DNA from: Lentisphaeria bacterium
GTDB lineage: Bacteria > Verrucomicrobiota > Lentisphaeria > JABSQK01 > JAWLHB01
DNA length: 40,694 bases
Direction of reading: 5' to 3'
Assembly: GCA_041690595.1 (NCBI GenBank)
Contig: JAWLHB010000005.1
Location: 248,001-288,694, forward strand
Shown here: in pieces, positions 20,531 to 30,485 of the stretch
Layout of the letters: each line of letters opens with the position of its first letter
Numbering within the stretch: the first letter of the stretch is position 1
Position numbers and translations under genes: made by a program
The notes under the pieces: generated by a model
Told to the model about the DNA's origin: nothing
Databases searched by the model: none
What the model saw: the letters and a program-made list of their open reading frames with translations, nothing else

Positions 20531-22387
20531 TCAGGGATTGTCGGTCCAGGTCGCGGGCAGGCTGAGCGGCTGGCCTTGGAGAAACTCTCGATGGGCGCGG
20601 TAAAACAGTTGCTGCGTCCGGCTGCTCGCGCCATGGCGTCCCCATGGGGCACAGAATAGCGTGAGCCGCGATTTGTCCGCCTGGGCAAAGGTCGCGATCT
20701 GACCCGCGGCGCCTGTCACATTGTCCATCCAGCCGATTGTCCCGACGATCGGGCAGCGCACCCGGCCGATGAAGTTGGCCACGTCGAAGTAGCTGAGGGT
20801 ATGGAGCATCTGCTCGAGGCTCTGCCCCTCCGGGATATCGTCCATGGAGAGGGGCCACGAGCCGATGCCGTCGCGAATGGTCCAGTCGAGGCGGCACAGC
20901 CCCGGGAATCCCGGCGCGGCGAGGGCCACCTGTGGACGGAAGGCGGCCGTGACGATGCTCAGCCCCCCACCCTGGCTGCCGCCGAAGACCATGATCCGCT
21001 CCGCGTCGATCTCCGGCACCATCTGCAGCATATCGACGGCTCGCCAGCAGCGCGCATAGACATTGCGGTAGAAGTAGCTCTCACGGCTGGCAAGGCCAAC
21101 GTTGTGGTAACGGCCATTCGGCCAGGGATACGGCGGTTGCGCCGGGAAATCCGATTTGTCCACATCGAAGCCATGTATCGCCACCTTCATCTCGATCGCA
21201 GTGGATTCACCAGGCGGCGGCAGCGCATTGACGCCGCTCGGCGGTAGCTCCAACCGGGCGGGGAAGGGACCGTCGCCCAGCGGAACGCGCAGCCAGGCGG
21301 AGGCACGTTCGCCGTTGAAGACCTGGAAGCTCACCGTATAGAGAATGCTCAGCTCGGTACGCGCGATCTCCTCCCGCTTCAGATCGGGAGGGATCTTCGC
21401 CAACTCTGCCAGCGTCGTCGTCCAGAAGGCGTCGAAGTCCTCCGGCCTTGGACACTCCGGCTGGTAGCCGGCGAAATCATGGCAGAAGTTCCACACCTTG
21501 CCCCGGCTCACCTGCCCACTCTGGATGAGACTCAGGCGAGCCTGATAGATACCCGGCTCGCTCAGCGCCAGCTCGACCGGCGCTATCGCCTCCGCACCGG
21601 CAGCAAGCTCCAGCGCCCCTTCGGCAGTCAGCACCTCCGATCTCTCCGGAAAACGGACCACCTCCACCTTCCAGCCAAAGACCAGCGGCGCCTGTGAGAG
21701 GTTCTTCACCGCGCAGGGAAAGCGCGCCGGACGGCCACCCGGAGGAAGAAAATCGTCATTCTCACCGCGCACTTCGAAGACCAGGGCAGAGCGGCTGCTG
21801 GGTCGGCTCTCGGCGTGCCAGACGAGCTTGCTCTCGTTCCGGGGATAGACGGAGGTACCGAAGCAGGGAGCACCCTGGGCGGTGTAGGGATCCCGCGTCC
21901 AGAAACCATGCCCCTCCAGCCGCAGAAGAGGCCCATCCGCCGTCACGATGCGCGCGTCGACCATGTCGTCATACCAGGTATCATGCGGATTCACGAAGGT
22001 ATCGTCTTCACCATCGTAGGCAGCCGTCACCGCGGCGGACATGCGCCAGCGTAACGCAACCACCTGCATGATCTTCGATCTCCAGCCGATGACGAGCGCA
22101 TCGTCGACCGCCGCATACGTCAGCAGAAAGCTCTCCCCATCGCAGACAATCCTCCCATCCTCGGCCGCGCTGACGGAGGTGAAGGCAATGGGCGCATTCT
22201 CCACCAGCAGCTTCATGGCTGGAGCACCGTCAGGAAAGGGCTGCAGCATCTCCGTTTCATCGATGACAAAGCTGACCAGCCGCCCCTCGTCATCGACGGC
22301 AGCACGCCAGTTGGTCCCAGTCAGGCTTGTCGCGGCATGGACGCCGATGCTGATGAAGAGGCAGAGAAGAAGTAAATAGCGACTCAT
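20531..22387 (-). CDS. Acetylxylan esterase / cephalosporin-C deacetylase (CE7) with N-terminal accessory domains
   Basis: 'RPEDFDAFW', 'YFYRNVYARCWRAVD', nucleophile 'GGSQGGG', 'TLSYFDVANF'; signal peptide from ATG 22387. Confidence 0.88.
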   Translation of the reverse strand: MSRYLLLLCLFISIGVHAATSLTGTNWRAAVDDEGRLVSFVIDETEMLQPFPDGAPAMKLLVENAPIAFTSVSAAEDGRIVCDGESFLLTYAAVDDALVIGWRSKIMQVVALRWRMSAAVTAAYDGEDDTFVNPHDTWYDDMVDARIVTADGPLLRLEGHGFWTRDPYTAQGAPCFGTSVYPRNESKLVWHAESRPSSRSALVFEVRGENDDFLPPGGRPARFPCAVKNLSQAPLVFGWKVEVVRFPERSEVLTAEGALELAAGAEAIAPVELALSEPGIYQARLSLIQSGQVSRGKVWNFCHDFAGYQPECPRPEDFDAFWTTTLAELAKIPPDLKREEIARTELSILYTVSFQVFNGERASAWLRVPLGDGPFPARLELPPSGVNALPPPGESTAIEMKVAIHGFDVDKSDFPAQPPYPWPNGRYHNVGLASRESYFYRNVYARCWRAVDMLQMVPEIDAERIMVFGGSQGGGLSIVTAAFRPQVALAAPGFPGLCRLDWTIRDGIGSWPLSMDDIPEGQSLEQMLHTLSYFDVANFIGRVRCPIVGTIGWMDNVTGAAGQIATFAQADKSRLTLFCAPWGRHGASSRTQQLFYRAHREFLQGQPLSLPATWTDNP

Positions 22388-22418
22388 AGAATAAAACTCC
22401 AGTATTTTATTTAAATAA

Positions 22419-23441
22419 TCACAAAACAGAAGTCTTGGCAAGGGTTGAGGAGCGGGCAATCAGCCGGGGAGCCAGCGATAGCTTCACGCTACACCTTTCG
22501 CCGGCTTCGATACTCTCGATGAGCGCCTGCGCGGCGCATTCGGCCAGCTCCCTGTCCGGCTGACGAATCGAGGTCAGATTCAGGCGGGGCAGCGCCGAGA
22601 ATGGAAGATCGTCGATCCCCATGATGGCTAGCTCCGGCCCCACCGCGATACCCGCCTCGTCCGCGGCCGAAAGCAGACCGAAGGCGCAAAGATCGTTGCC
22701 GCAGAGAACCCCATCCGTCTCCGGCGCCTGCCTGCGCAGCTCCGCAAAAGCAGCGTACCCCTCTTCGATCCCCCAGCCGGCAGAAATGACCTGCCGCGAA
22801 TCGCAGGGCAACCCAGCAACCCGCAACGCCTCCCGAAAGCCACTTTCGAGACGCGCAAACGAGCTGAAGCGCGCTCCCACCGAACCGGCGATCACCAAGG
22901 CCAACCGACGACACCCAACCGCGAGCAGGTGCTCCACCGCCAGCCTGCCGGCCGCCGCGAGATCGTTCACGACATGGGGCCCTTCATACCCTTCCGGAAA
23001 GGTATCCAGAGCCAGGCAGGGAATCCGCATGTCGCGGACCCGCGGCACCGTCTCCGGCGTCGTCTCCGAGAAGCAGATGAGCAGCCCCCGGATCCGCGCC
23101 TGAAGCATCCGGTCGAGGTTGCCCAACTCGCGCGTCGGGTCGAACTGGCTCTCGGAAACAAGCACCTGGTAGCCTTCGGCCATCGCCACCGCTTCCACCT
23201 CGCGCACCATCCGGCCATAGAAGGGATTCGTCAGGTCGTTGACCATGAGCCCCAGCGTCCGCGGACTGCCACGGCGCAATGCGCGCGCCGCTTCGTTGGG
23301 TACATAGTCCAGCTCCGCGGCAATGTGGCGAACCCGTTGGCGTGTCTTCTCCGAGATGCGGGATCTCTCCTTGAACGCCAGCGAGACGGTCGTCTCCGAC
23401 ACCCCCGCCCGACGCGCCACATCTCGAATCGTCGCGTTCAT
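22419..23441 (-). CDS. LacI-family transcriptional regulator
   Basis: 'TIRDVARRAGVSETTVS..LDYVPNEAARAL'; 'NDLCAFG', 'GIDD', 'LTSIRQP'; ATG 23441 overlaps the upstream stop (ATGA). Confidence 0.95.
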   Translation of the reverse strand: MNATIRDVARRAGVSETTVSLAFKERSRISEKTRQRVRHIAAELDYVPNEAARALRRGSPRTLGLMVNDLTNPFYGRMVREVEAVAMAEGYQVLVSESQFDPTRELGNLDRMLQARIRGLLICFSETTPETVPRVRDMRIPCLALDTFPEGYEGPHVVNDLAAAGRLAVEHLLAVGCRRLALVIAGSVGARFSSFARLESGFREALRVAGLPCDSRQVISAGWGIEEGYAAFAELRRQAPETDGVLCGNDLCAFGLLSAADEAGIAVGPELAIMGIDDLPFSALPRLNLTSIRQPDRELAECAAQALIESIEAGERCSVKLSLAPRLIARSSTLAKTSVL

Positions 23442-24487
23442 GCACCACCGCCAAACAGGCTGGCGGGATTCGCGATCAGCATCCGGTCGATCTCGCCCTT
23501 GCCGATCCCCGCTTCGCCCATCATTGGAACGATGTGCTCCAGAATATGCCCATACCCCCATCCCCCATAGTGACAAAGCATCGACTTGAGGCAAATATCG
23601 TTGGTCACCAGCAACTGCCCCCCTCCCCCTTCCCGAATCAACTGCTTGAGCAGATAGATGCGCTGGTGATCGGTCATGAAAATGCCCCCCGCGAATCCAC
23701 GCTCCTCGACCGGCACGTGAAATTCCTTCCCGAAGTTGTCGAACTCCACCATCAGTCCCAGCCCCAGAAGATCCCGGATGTACGACAACTCCGGCTGCAC
23801 GTCCACGTGACAGATCACGATGTGCCGGGCTGCCACCCCACCCTCCAGCAGGATCAGCGCCGCTTCGATCCCGCGCGTACCCCATGGATAGGTGTGTACA
23901 TAGATGGGCGCCGGCACCCGCGCGTAAGCCAGGGCCGCCGCCGCCAGCGATTTCTTCTCGTTCGGATGAATCGGGTCGCTGGTACCGATCTCGCCAATAA
24001 TACCGGCGCGAATGCCGGTCCCATCCATCCCCTCGGTCAGATCCCGCACCATCTGGGCGGCAATGGTTTCGACGCTCCACTCATCCATCTCGGCGGGGTG
24101 GGTATCATGGGTATAATAGCCACAGCCGGCGATGACATGCAGATCGGTGCGTTCCGCGAGCGCCTTCAGGGCGCGGGGATTGCGACTGATGCCGATGGAG
24201 GTGCAGTCGATGATGCAACCGCCACCCAGCCGCTTGAACGCCTTCGCCTCGTCAACGGCAATCTCCAGATCGTCCAGCAGCAGGTTGTCGCGGAGCGCAT
24301 AAGGATTGCGACGCAGCCGCCCCAGCGTGTGCATCGTCACCGGCAATTCACTGAGCCGCGCCTTCTCTGGATCGGCAAAGGTCCGGAACTGATTGCGCAG
24401 ATCGATGAAGAGGTGTTCATGCGGCAGCACCAGCCCAAGCCGGTCTGCCGCCATCGCTCCCCGGACGGTTTCTGCATGTGCGGTCAT
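23438..24487 (-). CDS. Phosphotriesterase-homology (amidohydrolase-fold) protein
   Basis: 'PHEHL', 'GIIGEIG' (Glu at the bridging position), 'YVHT', 'ICHVD', 'TNDIC'. Confidence 0.9.
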   Translation of the reverse strand: MTAHAETVRGAMAADRLGLVLPHEHLFIDLRNQFRTFADPEKARLSELPVTMHTLGRLRRNPYALRDNLLLDDLEIAVDEAKAFKRLGGGCIIDCTSIGISRNPRALKALAERTDLHVIAGCGYYTHDTHPAEMDEWSVETIAAQMVRDLTEGMDGTGIRAGIIGEIGTSDPIHPNEKKSLAAAALAYARVPAPIYVHTYPWGTRGIEAALILLEGGVAARHIVICHVDVQPELSYIRDLLGLGLMVEFDNFGKEFHVPVEERGFAGGIFMTDHQRIYLLKQLIREGGGGQLLVTNDICLKSMLCHYGGWGYGHILEHIVPMMGEAGIGKGEIDRMLIANPASLFGGGA

Positions 24488-25653
24488 GAAATGCCTTCTT
24501 CACATAGTCGACGGATCGTTGGTGTCAGCGATTCGGGGCCGCTCTCCCCGATGACGAAACCCTCCTCGATGCGATTGGAACCCGCGGCGTGCCCGAAGAG
24601 GCTGATGTCCGAGTTCACGCACATGCCGCTCTGGAAGGGATAGCTGCTCGCCTCGGCCGGATACGGCGACTCCGCCTCGGCCAGCCCAATCCCGTGCATC
24701 GGCGGATAAAGGTCGTAGGCACTCAGCTTGTGGCGCGCAAAGACCGCCTTCACCGCCCGCACCATTTCGCCCGTCACCACCCCCGGCTTGAGATACCCAA
24801 GCTGCACATTGGCAGCCTCGAAGAGCGCCTCCAGAAAATGACGCTGGTCATCGTTCGCCTTGCCGATGACAAAGGGATAGCCCACCGTCGCGACATACCC
24901 CTCGTATTGCACCGCCACCGCCGCCATTACCATATCCCCCGCGGCCATCATCCGGTTCGTAGCCCGCCCAATGATGGTGGCCGTGCGCGGTCCCGAACCG
25001 AAGACAGTAAAATTGATATCCTCCGCCCCTGCCGCCCGCGCCGCTCCTTCCCCGGCCCCCGCCGCTTCCAGCTCCGTCGCCCCTGCAACGCAAGACCGAA
25101 TCAACGCCTCGTACCCCACGCACGCCTGGCGACCAGCCTCACGAAGGCACGCCACCTCCGACGCTGACTTGATCAGCCGCAGATCGCTCAGAAGATCATC
25201 CGCCCGAACAACCTCCATCCCCTCTCGCGCGCCACGCAGACGCTCCAGGATCGGCGCCGGAATGTCGAACCACCCGACCAGCCCAAAACGACTCCCGCCA
25301 AGATCCCCAAGTATCTCCTTCAACGACGAAAAGCGCGCCAGAGGATAGTCGATCTCTTCCGGCACCGAAACACAGGCGAACTCCTTCACGTTCCGGATAT
25401 CGTCCCACGCGGACATCTCCCGCGCATACATCTCCCCCTCCGGCGCCCCCGCCAGGATCGGCTCGCCCGTCCGCGGAATGAAGCACGCGCCACGCTCGAA
25501 GATCGGCCAGAAGTTGCTCACATAACGAAGATTCTCTTTGCGATACTCGTCTCCATAGACGATCAACCCGTCAAGCTCACGCTCCGCCAGCTTTCCCTGG
25601 ATAGCGGCGATACGTTGACGAAACTCGGCGCGCGGTATGCGTGGCTGCGACAT
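24484..25653 (-). CDS. M24 / creatinase-like pita-bread-fold hydrolase
   Basis: Creatinase N-domain 'ENLRYVSNF'; 'LRLIKSASE'; 'HGIGL'; 'RIEE'; several metal ligands substituted. Confidence 0.85.
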   Translation of the reverse strand: MSQPRIPRAEFRQRIAAIQGKLAERELDGLIVYGDEYRKENLRYVSNFWPIFERGACFIPRTGEPILAGAPEGEMYAREMSAWDDIRNVKEFACVSVPEEIDYPLARFSSLKEILGDLGGSRFGLVGWFDIPAPILERLRGAREGMEVVRADDLLSDLRLIKSASEVACLREAGRQACVGYEALIRSCVAGATELEAAGAGEGAARAAGAEDINFTVFGSGPRTATIIGRATNRMMAAGDMVMAAVAVQYEGYVATVGYPFVIGKANDDQRHFLEALFEAANVQLGYLKPGVVTGEMVRAVKAVFARHKLSAYDLYPPMHGIGLAEAESPYPAEASSYPFQSGMCVNSDISLFGHAAGSNRIEEGFVIGESGPESLTPTIRRLCEEGIS

Positions 25654-25678
25654 AACGGAACAACTCCTGAAAAGGAAG

Positions 25679-25726
25679 GTTTGACGTCAAACTTACAGAG
25701 TATAGCCTTCCCATCCGCGCTGTCAA
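25679..25726 (-). promoter_or_regulatory. Sigma70 promoter plus perfect 14-bp palindromic operator (probable LacI-family site)
   Basis: - strand TTGACA (25726-25721), 16 bp, TATACT (25704-25699); GTTTGACGTCAAAC (25679-25692) with central CG at the expected start site; RBS AGGAG at 25668-25664. Confidence 0.8.
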
Positions 25727-25736
25727 GAAGCTCTCA

Positions 25737-26864
25737 TCAGGAAAGCTCTGCCGCATGGCGATAGTAGGAGAGCCCTTCGGCCAGCGTCCGCAGGTTTTCC
25801 CACGGAACGCCCGGTGCGATGGAGCTGCTGGCCCCCAGAAAGAGGCGATTCCGCGGCCCATGCTCAACCAGCCACTTCAGCTCCCGCTTCACCTCCGCCG
25901 GCGAACCGTACGGCAGCGTCCGCGTCACCGATACGCCGCCCACGATGATGAGGTCATCACCATCGCGGTTCTTCATCCCGCAGATGGCCTCGTAATCCAT
26001 GCCATCCTCATACTGGAAGCCCTGGAAGCCGTGCAACCCCACCTCCAGAAGGCGCGGCACCATCTGCATGAGGTTGCCGTCGCAGTGCCAGATAAGCTTC
26101 AGCCCCGCCTTCAGGGCAGGCTCGATCGCGCGCACAAAGTGCGGAAACCAGAGTTCATCCAGTGACTCGGTGCGCACCAGCATGCCGCGACTGTCCGCCA
26201 TGTCGTGATCCAGCCGAACCAGCGGCGGAAGCCCCTCCCGCACGATCGCTCCGGCGATGGCCGCATTGTGACGCGCCGCCAGCTCACCTTGCAGGCGAAA
26301 ATGCCGCTCCATCAGCTCTGGATACAACACGTACGCCATCAGATACGGGCCATAGCCGTAGGCGCCGTAATGAAGTGCCGGAAAGCGCAGGCAGCCATAC
26401 GGAACCTTCAGCATCTCCTCTCCCAGAAACGCCTGCACCTCCCGCTCCCGCTGCAGAAAACCCGCCGCGTCAACCGGACTCTCCGCGGCAAGCTCCCCCT
26501 CCAGTCGGGGAAAGACAACCTCTTCCAGATGCGCCGCCACATCGTCCGGCTCCCGGATGACGCGCCCGTCCAGCACCACGCACTCCGCACCCGTCGTCGC
26601 GGTACGAGGACAATCCCCCTCGTAGCCGGCGCTCCCCATGCTCAGCGGATTCCGGGGGATCCACTGGTCGATCATGTTGCTGCCCGCCGCCAGCAGCATA
26701 CGCCGATACGTCACCTCCGGCTCTCGCCTGTAGCTACCCTCCGGCATCCCCGCCAGACGATCGATCAGTCCCCATTCCATCGGGTTGATCAACCATATCG
26801 GAATCCCCTTGTGCGCCCGACCGTGAATCGCATCCAGCACCTGGTGTTGACTATCCGATCCCAT
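25737..26864 (-). CDS. Uroporphyrinogen decarboxylase (UroD/MtaA-CmuA)-family protein
   Basis: 'DMADSRG', 'IWHCDGN', 'IVGGVS..LPYGSPAEVKRE', 'LFLGASSSIAPGVPWENL'. Confidence 0.85.
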   Translation of the reverse strand: MGSDSQHQVLDAIHGRAHKGIPIWLINPMEWGLIDRLAGMPEGSYRREPEVTYRRMLLAAGSNMIDQWIPRNPLSMGSAGYEGDCPRTATTGAECVVLDGRVIREPDDVAAHLEEVVFPRLEGELAAESPVDAAGFLQREREVQAFLGEEMLKVPYGCLRFPALHYGAYGYGPYLMAYVLYPELMERHFRLQGELAARHNAAIAGAIVREGLPPLVRLDHDMADSRGMLVRTESLDELWFPHFVRAIEPALKAGLKLIWHCDGNLMQMVPRLLEVGLHGFQGFQYEDGMDYEAICGMKNRDGDDLIIVGGVSVTRTLPYGSPAEVKRELKWLVEHGPRNRLFLGASSSIAPGVPWENLRTLAEGLSYYRHAAELS

Positions 26865-27029
26865 CCCTCAGCCCTCCTTCAGCCGCTGCGTTTGGCGATC
26901 CCACTTAAGTGAGCCCGACTTCCCAAAGAAGCAACCAACAATAAATAGCAGGAGCGGTCTCAGTATGGTATCACCCTGCCCCAACGCAACGCGATTGCCT
27001 CCCCGCGTCTCCTGCCCCTCCCCCGCTCG

Positions 27030-27255
27030 TTCTTTGCGATCTCTGCGCTCTTTGTGGTTAATCCTCTCGCGTCCCCAGCGCTCGCCGCCTCCATTCTTCT
27101 CATTCTTCCCGTTGCCCTTACCGTCCCCTCGCCCCAGCGCCCCACTTGCCACCCACCTGTCCGCCCTCCGTTGCGGCGCCTGCCCCCTCGCTTCCCTCGA
27201 CCTGCTCGCCTCGCTCCCTCGCAGACAAGGTCAATGAGGTCAACAAGGTCACCAA
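27030..27255. repeat. Cluster of 9-nt-period triple repeats (left boundary of the Rhs array)
   Basis: 27030-27066 is the reverse complement of gaggattaaccacaaagagcgcagagatcgcaaagaa; also cattcttct-cattcttcc and aaggtcaat-gaggtcaac-aaggtcacc. Confidence 0.7.
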
Positions 27256-27258
27256 GCT

Positions 27259-27797
27259 CGCCAGACGATGGCGTTGGCGCCGATGCTGCGCGGGGCACTG
27301 CGCAGCTTGCGGCCGATGGTGCTGTCGGCGGCATCCAAGAAGGCTCTGCACATGATGACATACGTCGACTGCGTCGCTTCCTGCCGCAGGTCGCAGCCCG
27401 CGTACATGAGGGTGGAGCCGAGTTCCGGATAGTCACCGGCGATCTCGGCGAACTGCTCGACCGGATCTTCGTCGGGCGGCAGTTCCTCGTTGTGCTGGGC
27501 CAGGACCTCGTCGCTGCTGCCTTCGAGGATGGAGTAGCCGTCGACGGCGAGCCGCGCGTTGTGGCGGACCGAGTGGGCTTCGAGGGCGACAGCCCCAACC
27601 CCCCAGATGAACCGGTCGCGCAGGCCGCCCTGGATGTCGTTCCGCAGGCGCAGCGGGATGCTCATCTGTACCCGGTCGCCGGTAACAGCGAGGGAGACAG
27701 GGGTGGCAAAGCGGTTGACCATCCCGGTGGATTTGGCGGCAGGAATGGTGAGGGTCATGCCGTCAAGAGTCGTGGTGGCATCTTCCGCCACCCACCC
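27259..27797 (-). pseudogene. Rhs cassette E: pre-core fragment only, truncated at both ends, no toxin tip
   Basis: Near-identical to ~35530-36067 ('AEDATTTLDG..ANAIVWR'); homology ends just before 'GFAYD'. Confidence 0.85.
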
Positions 27798-27880
27798 ACT
27801 GTCCGCCGCGTAGCTCGGGAAACAACGGTGATACCAAACATATCCTTACCCTCTTGGTCCCGAAGCTGCCAGTAGCAGTC

Positions 27881-28330
27881 TTAACAAAGATCCAAGAACT
27901 CGCGTGCGTCCCTCACGATTAGGTCCAAGATATTTTCGGCCTTCTGCGAGATAATGGTTTGGGAACAAACATCCCATACAACCACTCGTCCGCCAGGATC
28001 GTCCGTGTCGACACAGTAATACTCGTCTCCCTCGTTGTTCAGCACGATAACGAGCGACTTCGGCAGACCAACTTGCCCTCGCTTAAGCTGCGTAAACCAT
28101 ATCCCATTTGGAACCCGGCCATTCCGAAAGTCCGTCCCGGCGATGCCGTAGAACTCCAAGGGGCCTTCTGCGATGGTCCCCCATGTCGTCAGGTACTCAA
28201 CAAACGACTCGGGGAACTCCACACCGAGGAACTCCTCCGCAGCAGACACGTATTCGCGAGATGCAGGGGTTCCGATGTCGAAAAAGCCGGGGTTGTCCTC
28301 GACCAGTTGCTTCAGGGTGTTGTCCATCAT
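27881..28330 (-). CDS. SMI1/KNR4 (SUKH) family immunity protein
   Basis: 'PASREYVSAAEEFLGVEFPESFVEYLTTWG', 'GDEYYCVDT'; TGATG coupling to the toxin D stop. Confidence 0.9.
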   Translation of the reverse strand: MMDNTLKQLVEDNPGFFDIGTPASREYVSAAEEFLGVEFPESFVEYLTTWGTIAEGPLEFYGIAGTDFRNGRVPNGIWFTQLKRGQVGLPKSLVIVLNNEGDEYYCVDTDDPGGRVVVWDVCSQTIISQKAENILDLIVRDAREFLDLC

Positions 28331-30375
28331 CAAAAGTCCTTTGCTCTATTCTTCCAGTACCTGTACTTCCAGCGATCGAAGGCCTTCTCCGCCTCGGTCT
28401 TTGCCCCGTCAGCCGAATAGCGGAAACTCCGTTTCGGTTCAGTCAGATGATGGACGGTCGTGGTGTTCTGAACATGAAATGTGCCTGCAACTTCAGCCAT
28501 GGCTCCAGGCTCTCGCTGGGTGAGATGGTGAAGATTGACCGATTCGCGGTCGAAGCCGATTGGGGCTCTTCCCTTCTGCATACGTTGGAGGTTGGTCAGT
28601 CCAGCGTCATCCAGGGCGTATGGATCGAATAGATCCCCGCGTCGATAGACACGTCTTCCCCCAACTTCAATCGGGTCGTCCCAGAACTTATAGTGTCTTG
28701 CCCCATCAAGATTGTCAAGCTGCGGCGCAGTTGCCTTTGCCGCTGCAGCGAGTTTTCTGGCTCGGCGGACATCGTTCAGGTCATCCGTGATGCTTGCCAG
28801 TCGGCCGATCGGGAACAAGGCCGCAGTCATTTCAATGCCAAGCTCTGTACCCACATAGACGGCGAAGTCAACCGCGATGTTCTGCGTTTCGCCAACGTGA
28901 CCGTGTAGTGCGAGACCAGTACGACCGTCTTCCGACTCTAGTGTCTGGTGCACACGTGCATCGCACACATCTCCGGCCTGGCGCCCCGCCGGTGCTTGAG
29001 GCAGAATCCGGACCTGTTGCCGGAGCGCATACATGGCGGCGGCCTCGAAATGCTCCTGTTTCCAGCCTGTTTTGAAGGCGACATTCTGCGTCCTTCCCTT
29101 AGCCACCACATACGCTTCAAAATCATCCAAGAACGCTTTCGCGTCGAGATGCTCGTTCTGCCCCAGCCACTGCGTCAGGTTCTCCACCATCTCCCCATAA
29201 GTGGTGCCGAGAGCGGCAGCGATCTCCCGGGCGTACACATCTGGTAGGTCAACCCCATTGGGTCGATGTACATCAAGGGGTTGTTGGCGCAGAAGACGCG
29301 GTCGGCGATGCCGAAGCGGCGGAGTTCCTTGAGGAAGTCGGGGTTGGTGAAGCTGCCAAGGAAGGGATCGTATTGGCGGTAGCGATAGTGGTATTGGGTG
29401 GCGACATCGTCCCATTCGCGGCCGTGATACCAATAGCGGTTGCGGAGACCATCGCCGGGGGCTTCGAGGCGGTACTTGCTGCGTTCGTTGCCGAAGGCAT
29501 CGTAGGCGCGTTGCTCGACGACGTTCCCGTTCGCGTCGACGATCTGGAGGACGCTGTTGACCTGGTCGGTGAGGTAGTAGTAGAGCTTGGGCGCTTTGCC
29601 GGGCCACTGATCCACAGCCGAACCCGTTGCGGGTGAGACAGCAAACCCAAAGGGTTTAGCGAGGCACGGCCGAGCGGCAACTAGCACCCAAGGCGTTTGT
29701 CGATAGTGGGATCGTCCCAGTAGGTGCGGGTGAAGTCGACGGTCCCATTACTGTCGAGATCGACGAGGTCGGCGACGACGTCCATGCCGAGGCCGTCATA
29801 GACGTAACGGGTGGTGGTCTCCGTTGGGGGTATGGTGTCGTTGAGGGTGCGTTCGGTGCGAACGCGGCTACCGAAAGCATCATAGAAGTGGCTGACCCCG
29901 CGCAGCACCTGGCCCCCACGCGAATCCTGCGCGCTCTTGAGGCGGCCTTCGGCGTCGTAGACAAAGGTCTGCCGATAGTTCCCTTCGTTGACCTCGACGA
30001 GGCGGCCGGCGTCATCGTAAGCGAAGCCGCGCCAGACGATGGCGTTGGCGCCGATGCTGCGCGGGGCACTGCGCAGTTTGCGTCCGATGGTGCTGTCGGC
30101 AGCATCCATGAAGGCTCTGCGCATGATGACATAAGTCGCCTGCGTCGCTTCCTGCCACAGATCGCTGCCCGCATACATGAGGGTGGAGCCGAGTTCCGGA
30201 TAGTCGTCGGCGATCTCGGCGAACTGCTCGACCGGCTCTTCGTCGGACGGCAACTCCTCGTTGTACTGGGCCAGGACATCATCGCTGCTGCCTTCGAGGA
30301 TGGAGTAGCCGTCGACGGCGTGCCGCGCGTTGTGGCGGACCGAGTGGGCTTCGAGGGCAACGGCCCCTATCCCCC
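28330..30375 (-). pseudogene. Rhs cassette D: core + LHH (HNH/EndoVII-fold) nuclease tip, interrupted by a 68-bp insertion and a 1-nt frameshift
   Basis: Core 'YYYLTDQVNS..YDAFG..NNPLMYIDPMG'; tip 'TNLQRMQKGRAPIGFDRESVNLHHLTQ' (28330-~29250) lies in a different frame. Confidence 0.88.
29616..29683 (-). mobile_element. 68-bp structured miniature insertion (REP/MITE-like), copy 1
   Basis: Absent from the homologous sites in cassettes B (~35180) and C (~32720); similar to 39433-39502; boundary ambiguous by 1 nt. Confidence 0.8.
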
Positions 30376-30485
30376 GGAAACCTCAACTCCGATACCTTAT
30401 CTGAAAGACTTCAGCAGGACCATACGTGCAAATAACCTGTTCACGTCAGCTTGGAAAATGCTGCCGCTTGATCAAGATTCCAAGC

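Noticed and set aside
22390..22411. AT-rich inverted repeat aataaaa-N8-ttttatt between LacI and the esterase
   Set aside because: The all-A/T stem is too weak to call as a terminator or operator.
22419..24080. 553-aa LacI ORF as listed in the track; likewise the extended starts at 1835, 5553, 20688 and 22459
   Set aside because: The N-terminal extensions overlap neighbouring genes; internal ATGs with an RBS, ATGA coupling or signal peptide fit better.
28330..29607. 425-aa ORF taken as an intact toxin gene
   Set aside because: Its first ~118 aa are an off-frame reading of the RHS core; only the part after ~29250 is toxin sequence.
29616..29683. tRNA or group I/II intron interpretation of the 68-70 bp element
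   Set aside because: No T-arm/anticodon-arm pattern or CCA end, and far too short for a self-splicing intron core.
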